From a virus (Duplodnaviria; Caudoviricetes), in IMG/VR virus record IMGVR_UViG_3300028833_000077: a stretch of DNA of 64,000 nt, one strand, 5' to 3'. A program made the position numbers and the translations under genes. The notes under the pieces are model-generated. The model saw nothing but the letters and a program-made list of their open reading frames with translations. It did not search any database and had not been told where the DNA came from. Positions within the stretch are counted from its first letter, which is position 1; each line of letters opens with the position of its first letter. Shown one piece after another: positions 19,393 to 29,008 of the stretch.

Positions 19393-22300
19393 ATGAATAT
19401 GGAAGAAACCAATTGGAATAAGACAACTGACCTGAAGACTGACCCTAGGGCATGCTGCACTAAGGAGTTCAGTCCCTACAATCAGGTGTATAGGAGTGTT
19501 GTGGTCATCCCTGAGGTTCAGGACAACCACACCATACTCAGGCAGGACATGCTGCCCAGCAAGGACACCAAGTACATCATCAGATATAACATGACCCTCA
19601 ACGGTCTGACTGTTACCATCCCTGAGGACTGCATTCTTGAGTTTGATGGAGGATGCATCACAGGAGGCACTCTGGTAGGCAATGATACCCTTGTACTGAA
19701 TGTGGGTGATGTTGACTGCATCCTTGACAATGTGACCAAGGAAGGCACATGGCGTACCATTGAGTATAACAAGGATGATACTGATGCCATGCTTGCCGAG
19801 AAGGCAGACAAGGCAGACACATACACCAAGGAGGAGGTGGATGGACTCATTGGCACACAAGACACTTCATACGATGATAAGCTTCAGGACTACTACACCA
19901 AGAGGCAGTCAGACATCAAGTATCAGGAGCTGGAGGACATGATTGAGCCTAAGGCAGACAAGGACTCCCTCTCTGATGTGGCTTTCTCTGGAAGATATGA
20001 TGACCTCCTGAACCAGCCTACTATTCCCTCACTGTCAGGATATGCCAAGGAGAGCTGGGTGAATGACAAGATTGAGGACATGCTTGGTGTGGATGCATCG
20101 GGTATATCGGCACTCAAGGCCATTCTTGAGGATGGCAGCACTGCATCAGGGATACTGTCACACATTGCACGTAAGGCAGATTCCAATGATGTGTATAACA
20201 AGACTGAAGTGGATGGGATTAGGGAGGCACTGGAACTCTCAATAAGCAAAAAGGTAGACCAGGCTTCTACTTACAGCAAGCCTGATGTGGACTTGAAGCT
20301 TGGTGCAAAGGCCAATGCATCATCACTCTCTAGAGTGGCTACCTCAGGACTCTATAGTGACCTCATCAATAAACCAACTATACCTACTGTACCCAGAAAA
20401 GTATCAGCTTTCTTCAATGATGCGGGATACCTTACAAAGGCCGATGCAAATACAGTCTCTGATTTGACGTGGACTGCCACTGCCAAGGCAAAGGCATGGA
20501 GTAGGCTGTTCAGGCAAGCAGTGCCAGAACAGGGCTCAAGCTGTATTGTGACCTTAGGCTGTAAGCGAATAGATATGGTGGCAGTATTCTTGGTGAACAC
20601 CAAGTACAATACTGGTGGGCATGTCATCCGACTGGCCTGCAGCAGCAATAATCCTTCGATGGTAGGATATGAAAACGAGCTAGCCTGTAGGGTAGTGTCT
20701 AATAAAGAAGGTAATTCCTACTTTGAGATTCAGGATAACATACTGACTCCCATAGGTCACAATATGACGCAGTGGTTTTGTAGTGTGCTTGAGCTTGGCG
20801 AAGGAGAACTCACTCCATACTATGAATTTACAGATGGTAGTACCATAGAGGATGGCTATATTGAAAGTAATGCTGTAATGGCAGACCAATCTAGTAATAG
20901 CTCTGCGATTGATAATATCTATATTGCAGGTGACCAGTTCTTTGCAAGAAGACAGGATGGCAGTACTATTACTATTGGTAACGCTGCAGTACAGCCTGAT
21001 TGGAATCAAACCAATACTTCTGCTGCTGACTACATCAAGAACAAGCCTATCATACCTTCATTGCCCAACTTGGCAAGAGTGGCAACCACAGGTTCCTACA
21101 ATGACCTTTCAGATAAGCCTGCTGTTCCTTCGTTACCTGCTCTAGCAAGAGTAGCGACTACAGGGTCATACAATGACTTGTCCAATAAGCCTACTATTCC
21201 CACAGTACCTACAAATGTGAGTGCTTTCACCAATGATGCAGGATATCTTACAAGACATCAGGACATCTCAACCAACTACTACTTCCAGCAGTTGGTCAAT
21301 AGAGTCAATGCTTTGGAGACAGCTGTTGCAGAACTCAAGAACTTCTTCTGTAAGTTGACCTTGACTAATGGTACAGTAGTAAATGTTGAAGGTGAGGGTA
21401 CATTGACTGCTGCTATGGTGACTACACCATACAGAACTACAGTTGCAAGTGCAGAGATTGGAACATTATGCACTAGTATTGGTGCTGGTGCATTCGCTTT
21501 CTGTACAAACCTTACAGATGTGAGTGTAGCAAGTAGTGTAACCAGTATAGGAGCAGAAGCTTTTGAAGGTTGCAGCAGTCTAACACACATTAATCTCATT
21601 CTTACAGGAATCACATCTATAGGTAATAATGCCTTTAGTGGTTGTACACAACTTACGTCTGCAGATTTGCCCAATTCTGTGACAAGTGTTGGTACTGGTG
21701 CTTTCAGTGACTGTACAAGCCTTACCCGTTGTGTGCTAGGATTTGGTGTATCAGAGATCAAAGATAGTACATTCCAAGGCTGCTCTAGTCTTTCCAATAT
21801 AACCATACCTAACAATATCACTAAGATAGGAGAAGAAGTCTTTAGTGGCTGTGCTGGTCTTAAGAATGTTACCATTCCGAATAGTATCACATCCATTGGT
21901 AATTCTGCTTTTGAAAACTGTACTGGTCTCATTGGAATAACCTTGAGTACTGCACTGACTACTATAGCTAGCAGTACTTTCAGCGGTTGTACTAAGCTTA
22001 ATAATGTTACGATTCCTGCAAATGTTACAAGTATAGGTACTTCTGCCTTCAGTGACTGCAGCAGTCTGACAAGCATAACTATACCTGACAGTGTGACTTC
22101 TATTGGCAGCAATGCTTTTAAAGGATGCAGTGGTCTCACAAGCATTATACTGCCTGAGAATATTACAAGTATTGGCAGTAGTGCTTTTGCAAATTGCAGC
22201 ACTCTTGTAAGTGTCACCTGTCATCCTTTGAGTGTTCCGACATTAGGGGCAAGTGTCTTTGCTAGTAATGCATCAGGCCGCAAGATATATGTACACCTGA

Positions 22301-23049
22301 GTAGCCTCAATGCCTACAAGACTGCCACCAACTGGAGCAGCTATGCAAGTGACATTGAGTCTATTGAAGAGGATTCCTACTTCTGCAGGATTACATTGAA
22401 CACTGGAGAGACAGCAGAGATCCAAGGTAGTGGTGAGCTTACCTCAGGGGCTTTAGGTGATTATACTAAGGCAAACATTACAAGTGCCCAGATAGGCCCA
22501 TTGTGTACAAGCATAGGTACTAATGTATTCAGCAATGCCTACAGTCTTACAGATGTCTATATACATAATAGTGTCACAAGCATTGGCCAGAATGCCTTTG
22601 AGAGCTGCTCAATACTTTCAAGAGTAAATAGTAGTACAGAAGGTGAGGTCAATATTCCTAGCAGTGTTACAAGTATTGGTGCTAGAGCATTCTATGGATG
22701 TTCTCGTATCACCACCTGTAACTTGGGTGATAGTGTCACCAGTATTGGAAACTACGCCTTCTTTGGTTGTGCCCGTAAGACAAGTGCTAATCCTGATATA
22801 TACTCAGGTATGACAAGTGTAGATATTCCTGCAACAGTGGCTGATATTGGCATGGATGCCTTCAAGGCATGTAATTGTCTTGAAACAGTCATACTAAGAG
22901 CTGCTACACCTCCATATTTGGGTAATTACAATGTTTTTGATAGCAATGCTAGCGGCAGAAAGATATATGTACCTGCAAGTAGCGTAGATACTTATAAGAC
23001 GACTCAGGGATGGAATCCTTATGTGAGTGACATTTATCCAATAGCATAA
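19393..23049 (+). CDS. Fibre/adhesin with BspA-type (LRR_5) leucine-rich repeats
   Basis: Many IP.SVTSIG..AF..C..L repeats; LARVATTGSYNDL and VSAF.NDAGYLT fibre repeats. Confidence 0.85.
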   Translation: MNMEETNWNKTTDLKTDPRACCTKEFSPYNQVYRSVVVIPEVQDNHTILRQDMLPSKDTKYIIRYNMTLNGLTVTIPEDCILEFDGGCITGGTLVGNDTLVLNVGDVDCILDNVTKEGTWRTIEYNKDDTDAMLAEKADKADTYTKEEVDGLIGTQDTSYDDKLQDYYTKRQSDIKYQELEDMIEPKADKDSLSDVAFSGRYDDLLNQPTIPSLSGYAKESWVNDKIEDMLGVDASGISALKAILEDGSTASGILSHIARKADSNDVYNKTEVDGIREALELSISKKVDQASTYSKPDVDLKLGAKANASSLSRVATSGLYSDLINKPTIPTVPRKVSAFFNDAGYLTKADANTVSDLTWTATAKAKAWSRLFRQAVPEQGSSCIVTLGCKRIDMVAVFLVNTKYNTGGHVIRLACSSNNPSMVGYENELACRVVSNKEGNSYFEIQDNILTPIGHNMTQWFCSVLELGEGELTPYYEFTDGSTIEDGYIESNAVMADQSSNSSAIDNIYIAGDQFFARRQDGSTITIGNAAVQPDWNQTNTSAADYIKNKPIIPSLPNLARVATTGSYNDLSDKPAVPSLPALARVATTGSYNDLSNKPTIPTVPTNVSAFTNDAGYLTRHQDISTNYYFQQLVNRVNALETAVAELKNFFCKLTLTNGTVVNVEGEGTLTAAMVTTPYRTTVASAEIGTLCTSIGAGAFAFCTNLTDVSVASSVTSIGAEAFEGCSSLTHINLILTGITSIGNNAFSGCTQLTSADLPNSVTSVGTGAFSDCTSLTRCVLGFGVSEIKDSTFQGCSSLSNITIPNNITKIGEEVFSGCAGLKNVTIPNSITSIGNSAFENCTGLIGITLSTALTTIASSTFSGCTKLNNVTIPANVTSIGTSAFSDCSSLTSITIPDSVTSIGSNAFKGCSGLTSIILPENITSIGSSAFANCSTLVSVTCHPLSVPTLGASVFASNASGRKIYVHLSSLNAYKTATNWSSYASDIESIEEDSYFCRITLNTGETAEIQGSGELTSGALGDYTKANITSAQIGPLCTSIGTNVFSNAYSLTDVYIHNSVTSIGQNAFESCSILSRVNSSTEGEVNIPSSVTSIGARAFYGCSRITTCNLGDSVTSIGNYAFFGCARKTSANPDIYSGMTSVDIPATVADIGMDAFKACNCLETVILRAATPPYLGNYNVFDSNASGRKIYVPASSVDTYKTTQGWNPYVSDIYPIA

Positions 23050-23050
23050 T

Positions 23051-23653
23051 ATGAAGAAGGTACTGATAGGAATCATAGCAGTCTTGGCTCTTATACTTTG
23101 GGGTATGAGCCAGAAGCTTAGGGAGCTTCAGACCAACTATGAGCTTGCATTGGCCAATGTGAAGGCCTATGACAGCAAGCTTGACAATTCAAACAGGAGG
23201 GCCATGTCCCTTCAGTTGACAGTGGAGCAGGTGGAGTACTCAAGAGACTCCCTGCTTCAGGTCCTTGACAAGACAAGGAAGGAACTCAAGGTGAAGGACA
23301 AGAACCTCAAGGCACTGCAGCATGTAGGCACTACATTCACCAAGAGGGACACCATACATTTCAGGGACACCATCTTCAAGAGTCCTGAGGTCAAGCTGGA
23401 CACCCTTATCAAGGATGAGTGGTACTCTCTCAAGGTAGGACTGGAATATCCCAGCACTGTGTCTGTGGTGCCCAGCTTTAAGAGTGACAAGCACATTGTG
23501 GTCTCCATGAAGAAGGAGACGGTCAATCCACCCAAGAAGTTCTTCCTCTTCAGATGGTTCCAGAAGCGGCACAGTGTCCTTCATGTGGATGTACTGGAGA
23601 ACAATCCGTACATCCAGGAACAGAAGAGCACCTATGTGGAGATAGTGAAATGA
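23051..23653 (+). CDS. Spanin-like lysis accessory protein
   Basis: N-terminal TM, coiled coil, DT-rich C-terminus. Confidence 0.55.
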   Translation: MKKVLIGIIAVLALILWGMSQKLRELQTNYELALANVKAYDSKLDNSNRRAMSLQLTVEQVEYSRDSLLQVLDKTRKELKVKDKNLKALQHVGTTFTKRDTIHFRDTIFKSPEVKLDTLIKDEWYSLKVGLEYPSTVSVVPSFKSDKHIVVSMKKETVNPPKKFFLFRWFQKRHSVLHVDVLENNPYIQEQKSTYVEIVK

Positions 23654-23924
23654 ATGTCATGACCATCATATATGCTGTCCTGTTCTACTTCATAGTAGGC
23701 ATCTTGACTACACTGACTTTCAAGAGGTATGGGGGAGGGTACATACTGGCAGGATGGCTGTGGCCTCTGACATGGGCACTGATGGTGCTCCTCGTTGTAG
23801 AGAAGTTCATAAAAAGGTTTATTATTCATACGCTTTAATATATTTAGGTTCGTTTCTTAGACCCTGTCTGTGAAGATCGGAAAGTAACTTTTTTCCATAA
23901 CGATGACTTGAGAATTTTGTTTTT

Positions 23925-25070
23925 TCATTGTTTTCCCCCACCTGTCGAGAGATAGCTGGGGGTTTTTGATATAGCATCTACCACAGTCTCATCAAGCAGC
24001 TTGGCATACACAGCTTCTGTAATCCTTGTGGATGAATGCCCGCATATCCTTGAAACTATCTTCATGTCCACCCCTTCATTGAGCAACATGGTGGCTCCAG
24101 TGTGCCTTGCCCAATGCGTGCTCACAGGCTTGTCTATGCCTGCTGCCTGTGCAACAACCTTGAGATACTCATTGTACTTCACATTGGAAATGATGGGCAG
24201 CTTGTTCCCATACTTCTCCAACACCTCAAGAGCCTTATGGTGCATGGGTATGGTGAAGGGCTTGGCAGTCTTGATCCTGCTTCCCATGTAGACCTTCATG
24301 CCCTTGACAGTGCTGATGCCTCCCACATCAAAGTCCTTGAGGTCTGTGTAGCTCAGGCAGGTGTATGTCTGAAACACAAATACATCCCTGACTCTCTCAA
24401 GACTCTTGGTGGGCAGCTTCACATCCATCAGATGCCTGAACTCCTCTGGAGTGAGGTACTTCTCTATGCCTCTGCCTTGCTTGTTCCTGTCTATGGAGAG
24501 TCTGCTGTAGGGGTTCCTCTGCATAAGTCCTTCCTCTATGGCATCCCTGATGAAGGAGTTGAGGAACCTGTGGTAATTGTTCCACTTGGAGTAGGGCTCC
24601 ATCCCCTTGGCAGTCAAATACTCATCATACTTGATGATGTTCTCCTCAGTAATAGCCTCCACCTCCACGATCCCTCCCCACTCTGAGAAGAGCCTTATGA
24701 ACCTGTCATACCTCTCTTGGGTGTCCTTCTCCTTGCCATACTTCCTCACCCTTGCCCTTGCCTTGCAGAAGTCTATGAAGGATGTACCCTTGGGCTTGAG
24801 CCTCTCATTGAGTGTGTCAAGACTACCAGAGGCCAATGCCTCCCTGACCCTTACAAGAAGATCATTGAGTATCTGGCTCAACTGCATGGCATCAGGGCAG
24901 TTGACGATGCAGCCATTCCTCCATTGGTTGGGATAGAGTGATATTCCTGTGGAGATGAACTTGCACTTTCCCTTCAGTGACACCCTGAGTTCCAATGCAG
25001 CCTTTCTCTTCTGTGTGGCTGTTTTCCTCCTGTCATATATGAATGTTATCTTGGGCTGTTTGTTAATCAT
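23925..25070 (-). CDS. int: Tyrosine integrase (Bacteroidetes type: arm-binding, SAM and catalytic domains)
   Basis: H.ARHT, GHS..T..Y motifs, RD.F.F..YT.L.Y.D, N-terminal ELRVS...ISTGI. Confidence 0.9.
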   Translation of the reverse strand: MINKQPKITFIYDRRKTATQKRKAALELRVSLKGKCKFISTGISLYPNQWRNGCIVNCPDAMQLSQILNDLLVRVREALASGSLDTLNERLKPKGTSFIDFCKARARVRKYGKEKDTQERYDRFIRLFSEWGGIVEVEAITEENIIKYDEYLTAKGMEPYSKWNNYHRFLNSFIRDAIEEGLMQRNPYSRLSIDRNKQGRGIEKYLTPEEFRHLMDVKLPTKSLERVRDVFVFQTYTCLSYTDLKDFDVGGISTVKGMKVYMGSRIKTAKPFTIPMHHKALEVLEKYGNKLPIISNVKYNEYLKVVAQAAGIDKPVSTHWARHTGATMLLNEGVDMKIVSRICGHSSTRITEAVYAKLLDETVVDAISKTPSYLSTGGGKQ

Positions 25071-25330
25071 CCTAAATAAAGTTTAATTATTTGTTAATGG
25101 GTGGTTTTAGTATACAAAGGTGTACAACTTTCTTAAGAGGGGTGTACAGAATTTGTATAGTTTTCAATGTGATGTGTACAGTATTTGTATAGTGTTCTAC
25201 CCTCCCAGCTGAGGGGACTGTAAGCAAAGAATCTTCAAGAGGCAGCTGTCTCCAGCTGTATATAATAAGAGTATCAGGAAGCAGACTGATTTGTCATAAC
25301 TCCCTGATACTGTGAATTCAAGCCCCTAAG

Positions 25331-25402
25331 TAGTCGATAGGGGAATCGAACCCCTATGCCAAGATTGAGAATCTTGTATCCTAACCATTAGATGAATCGA
25401 CC
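25331..25402 (-). tRNA. tRNA-Glu (CTC)
   Basis: GGTCGAT/ATCGACT acceptor stem, CAAGA-TTCTCAA-TCTTG anticodon arm, GGTTCGATTCC T-arm. Confidence 0.93.
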
Positions 25403-25433
25403 GCGCTGCATTCTCTTGGAGTAATACCCCCGG

Positions 25434-25452
25434 TTGCGGAAGGAGGGGGATT
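25434..25452 (-). mobile_element. Candidate attP core: tRNA-Ser-like 3' fragment AATCCCCCTCCTTCCGCAA
   Basis: T-arm 3' half plus acceptor strand with no 5' half; lies between arm-type repeats beside the integrase. Confidence 0.55.
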
Positions 25453-25561
25453 ATTACCTACCAGCCATGACTCTTGCCTAATTCTCAGTCAATCAGGGAG
25501 ATGGAGTCTTCTGCTATGGAGCCTTAGTCATCATGTGTACAGAATATGTATAGTTTTAACC

Positions 25562-25699
25562 TTATTTGAAGTCACTCTTCCTCAGTGGTTGGTTCATTAG
25601 GGGAATCCTCTTGCCATCCTTCACCATGTATATCATCACTTCCGCACCATTCTCAACAGCACGGTAGTATTCCTCCAGCATCTTCTCATCTATGTCCAT
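25562..25699 (-). CDS. 45-aa hypothetical protein
   Basis: MDIDEKMLEEYYRAVENG...; TATCTTTG promoter box at about 25717. Confidence 0.55.
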   Translation of the reverse strand: MDIDEKMLEEYYRAVENGAEVMIYMVKDGKRIPLMNQPLRKSDFK

Positions 25700-25948
25700 A
25701 TTCCTTCTTTTTGTGGCAAAGATACAAAATAAAACCCATACATATCATACCCCTGAACCATAAAAGTTGTTAAAGTTTTCAAGGTTTAAGGGAAAACATT
25801 AGGTTGAATTAGGAAAAATGTATATCTTTGTTGCCGAAATCAGTTAGGTAAAATACACAATCATAACTGACTGATATTTAGGCAAATGAATTGCCCGTCT
25901 TCAATAGGTACTTTAAACAGCATTGTAAACATTTAAACTTTAACGACT

Positions 25949-26167
25949 ATGGACAGTGTAAAAATGTCAAAGCAGGAGCAACAGTGGCAGGCTGAGAGTG
26001 ATGCCTCCACCATGGCCACTTATCAGGAAATCATCAATGACAAGACAAGGATGCAGCGTGCCATCAAGGTTGCCAACAAGAAGGCACAAGACCTTACCAA
26101 GAGGGCCAGTGCCATGCAGTCAGTGGCAAGGACAAAGGCTCCCAGGACTAGTGGCAGGAAGAGATAG
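25949..26167 (+). CDS. Small basic hypothetical protein
   Basis: ORF after promoter box at 25823. Confidence 0.7.
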   Translation: MDSVKMSKQEQQWQAESDASTMATYQEIINDKTRMQRAIKVANKKAQDLTKRASAMQSVARTKAPRTSGRKR

Positions 26168-26208
26168 TATATATTATATATAATGTACGCGCATATATCC
26201 CTTACGTC

Positions 26209-26628
26209 ATGGACAAAGCAAGTGACTACAATTCGGATCCTGTCTACTACTGCAAGACCTGCCTTAGCTTGAGCATCAAGCATGATGACTTCATGGACTC
26301 GGACTACTGCAAGGACTGTGGCAGCACCAACATAGCAGGACCTGTGGACATTGAGGTGTGGGAAAGGCTGTATGAGAAGAAGTATGGAAAGAAGTTCGCT
26401 GAGGACAATGGGGACATCAGGAAGTCACCCATATTCAGGCTGCCATTGGGCAAGCTCATGAGCAAGGTGGCCGACTCTCCAAAGTGTGACTTCATCATCA
26501 GACAGATATACAGTCATTTCCCAGAGGGCTTCAGCAGGGCGGACTCAGTGGTGATGTTCTTCGACAGACTGGTCAAGGACAACATGGTGGATAGGCTGAG
26601 GACACTGCTGTATCACATGAAATTCTAG
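26209..26628 (+). CDS. Zn-ribbon protein
   Basis: YCKTCLSL...YCKDCGS. Confidence 0.75.
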   Translation: MDKASDYNSDPVYYCKTCLSLSIKHDDFMDSDYCKDCGSTNIAGPVDIEVWERLYEKKYGKKFAEDNGDIRKSPIFRLPLGKLMSKVADSPKCDFIIRQIYSHFPEGFSRADSVVMFFDRLVKDNMVDRLRTLLYHMKF

Positions 26629-26663
26629 ATTAAACACACAACTTTTAAAACACACACAGATTT

Positions 26664-26969
26664 ATGGAAGAGACTAGAGGTAAAGAAGTGAAGATGGAGG
26701 CACCCAATGAGGAGCCCCTGTCCTATGAGAAGCTCAAGGAGATTGCAAACAAGCTCTATGAGGACAACCGCTACCTGAGAACCAGGTTGAACCAGGCCTT
26801 TGAGAACCTTAACATGTTCAACAGGCTGGACTATCTGTTCAGGGTGATTGAGATTTCCCAAAAGGAGAACCGTTTCTCTGAGGAGTTCATCACCATGTGC
26901 TACAGTGAGGTGGAGAAGGGTATGACCCCTCCTGAGCCAGAAGAGGATTCCAAAACCGAGGAGAACTAG
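26664..26969 (+). CDS. Conserved crAss-like hypothetical protein
   Basis: LSYE.L...RLDYLF.V pattern. Confidence 0.7.
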   Translation: MEETRGKEVKMEAPNEEPLSYEKLKEIANKLYEDNRYLRTRLNQAFENLNMFNRLDYLFRVIEISQKENRFSEEFITMCYSEVEKGMTPPEPEEDSKTEEN

Positions 26970-26970
26970 T

Positions 26971-27375
26971 ATGGAACAGGCAAGGAGACTGCCCAAACCC
27001 AACAATGTCATCTCTGTCCCACATGGGTTGACTACTGGGTTCTTCAAGTGGTGGTGCATATTCCTCAAGCCCTTCGTGTCACTCACACCCAAAGAGATTG
27101 ATGTGGTGGCAGCCTTCCTTAAGCAGAGGTATGAGCTGTCCAAGATAATCTCTGATGATGCCATCATTGATGAGCAGCTAATGGGTGAGAAGTCACGCAA
27201 CAAGGTACTTGAGGAGTGTGGTATCAGCAAGCAGCACTTCTATGTCATCATGAGCAACCTCAGGAAGAACCATGTCATTACTGAGTCAGGCATCAATCCT
27301 AGGCTCATACCAAATATCAGGGAGGATGACAATGGCATATTCCAGTTGCTTGTAATCTTCAGGGACAGCAAGTAG
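26971..27375 (+). CDS. Putative winged-HTH DNA-binding protein
   Basis: LTPKEIDV...CGISKQHF...LRK..VI. Confidence 0.65.
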   Translation: MEQARRLPKPNNVISVPHGLTTGFFKWWCIFLKPFVSLTPKEIDVVAAFLKQRYELSKIISDDAIIDEQLMGEKSRNKVLEECGISKQHFYVIMSNLRKNHVITESGINPRLIPNIREDDNGIFQLLVIFRDSK

Positions 27376-27376
27376 G

Positions 27377-27676
27377 ATGACATACGAGGAGATAGTCAGG
27401 AAAGTGGCGAAGGAGACTGGGTATGATGCCAAGTTCGTCAATAAGGTGTACAAGGCCTATTGGCAGACCATCAGGACATACATCAAGTCCCTACCTCTCA
27501 AGGAAGACCTTACCGATGAGGAGTTCATGAAGCTCAGGCCCAATGTCAATATTCCTTCTCTGGGCAAGCTGAATGTGACTCTTCAGAGGTATAGGAACAT
27601 GAAGAAGCATAATCAGATATTAAATGAGATAAAAGCAAGGAAGCATGACAGAGAAGCAGAAGATGGCAATTGCTGA
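27377..27676 (+). CDS. HU/IHF-like protein
   Basis: IVRKVAKETG...V.KVY...VNIPSLGKL. Confidence 0.7.
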   Translation: MTYEEIVRKVAKETGYDAKFVNKVYKAYWQTIRTYIKSLPLKEDLTDEEFMKLRPNVNIPSLGKLNVTLQRYRNMKKHNQILNEIKARKHDREAEDGNC

Positions 27677-27844
27677 AGTCTTGGAACTTGAGATACCTCC
27701 CGAGGCAGCCCTAACCATAATAGAGGGAATCATGGATAATGAGCCTAGTGGTACAGATACCCAAGTTCACCCATTCTATTGGGTTCCCGATAAGGACAGT
27801 ATAGGCTATAACATAAACATAACAAACAAATAAACCAATAGAAC

Positions 27845-28270
27845 ATGTTGAAGATAACCAATGTAAAGCCCTTATTCGACTCAGTGCTCACCACTGGTGA
27901 TGTGTTTGAGTCAGACCAGACACAAGGCAACATCATCCTCCAGGATGAGACCAAGGGAGACTTGAAGCTCTACCAGACAGTCATTGCGGTAGGCTCAGTA
28001 GTGAAGGACATCAAGCCAGGTGACAAGGTGATGATAGACATTCTTCACTATGCAGAGATGAAGTATGACAAGAACTCCCTCCAGAATGATATGGACAACA
28101 ACAAGAGGATCAAGTGGCACCTTCCATGGGTCACCATCTATGATGAGAAGGATGAGCCTCACAATTGTCTCCTCCTGAGCTCCAGGGACATCAAGTATGT
28201 CTTTGAGGGAGAGGAGGTCAAGGAGAGCAAGGTGCTTGTACCAGACACTAAAATAGTAACACTAAGTTGA
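27845..28270 (+). CDS. GroES/Cpn10-like co-chaperonin
   Basis: KPLFDSVL...GNIIL...VIAVG..VKDIKPGDKV. Confidence 0.7.
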   Translation: MLKITNVKPLFDSVLTTGDVFESDQTQGNIILQDETKGDLKLYQTVIAVGSVVKDIKPGDKVMIDILHYAEMKYDKNSLQNDMDNNKRIKWHLPWVTIYDEKDEPHNCLLLSSRDIKYVFEGEEVKESKVLVPDTKIVTLS

Positions 28271-28274
28271 TAAT

Positions 28275-28925
28275 ATGAAGAGAACATTCATCCCGGGTCT
28301 TCTGCTTGCCATTGCAGGCATGATGGCCACAGGCTGCTCCTGCCAGTCTGAGAACAAGAAGCAGGAAGTAGTATCCTCCAAGGACTATGACGGAGTAGTA
28401 CAGGACTTCACTGCCGGCACATCACACATTCAGGCCATGCACCGTCAGAAGATGTATGCAGAAGTCTCCAAGGAGTATGAGTGGAGGAATTCCAAGGTAC
28501 TCTTCAATGACACCATCCGTCAGAGCAATCTTGATGACCTGCATATAGTTGACGTGACTGATGTGTTCCAGTATTGGAATGAAGGCCCTCAGGTGCAGTT
28601 CATCTCTACTAATGTGAAGAAGGGCACTGTCATGCCTACTCCCGTACATGATGTATGGATTGAAGATGCCAGTCTGAATGATTGTCCCATCAAGCTCTCA
28701 TGTGAGGATGTGCTCAAGAGGCTTAAGGAATGGAACGGTGTCATTCCTCCTGCTGTATCCATCTCTCTTAGGAATCCTGTAGGTCCCAGAAACTGCAATG
28801 CCCAGTGGGTTGTGGGTGATGTATTTGATGTCATCTTCATTGATGCAGTCACTGGTGAGGTTGTCAACTGGAATCCTGCATTCCCAAATCCCAGTGTGAA
28901 TGGTCCTCTTGGAGAATGGCCCTGA
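28275..28925 (+). CDS. Lipoprotein with PepSY-like C-terminus
   Basis: Signal MKRTFIPGLLLAIAGMMATG-C; IDAVTGEV motif. Confidence 0.65.
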   Translation: MKRTFIPGLLLAIAGMMATGCSCQSENKKQEVVSSKDYDGVVQDFTAGTSHIQAMHRQKMYAEVSKEYEWRNSKVLFNDTIRQSNLDDLHIVDVTDVFQYWNEGPQVQFISTNVKKGTVMPTPVHDVWIEDASLNDCPIKLSCEDVLKRLKEWNGVIPPAVSISLRNPVGPRNCNAQWVVGDVFDVIFIDAVTGEVVNWNPAFPNPSVNGPLGEWP

Positions 28926-28963
28926 TTGAAATGCCGTAAAGAGTAGAGAATGATAATGGAGAA

Positions 28964-28999
28964 GGGGCCTGAGTCTGATTTTATAGGCTCAGGCTTTTT
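28964..28999 (+). terminator. Intrinsic terminator
   Basis: GCCTGAG...CTCAGGC plus T-run. Confidence 0.7.
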
Positions 29000-29008
29000 A
29001 AATTAAGC

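Larger units (their letters stand above)
25142..25554 (+). repeat. Three 20-bp direct repeats GTGTACAGWATWTGTATAGT (25142, 25174, 25535), candidate integrase arm sites
   Basis: Near-identical repeats flanking the tRNA and tRNA fragment. Confidence 0.65.

Noticed and set aside
21279-22217. 312-aa antisense ORF (likewise 18404-19045, 26625-27230, 43576-44283, 49731-50396)
   Set aside because: Shadow frames of well-supported genes on the opposite strand
19393-23049. Second DGR target
   Set aside because: No TR-like sequence found here or in other fibre genes by eye
25434-25452. Second full tRNA gene
   Set aside because: Only the 3' 19 nt are tRNA-like; no D or anticodon arm upstream
25142-25554. 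CRISPR-like array
   Set aside because: Only three repeats with 12- and about 340-nt spacers; arm sites fit better. No CRISPR array seen elsewhere
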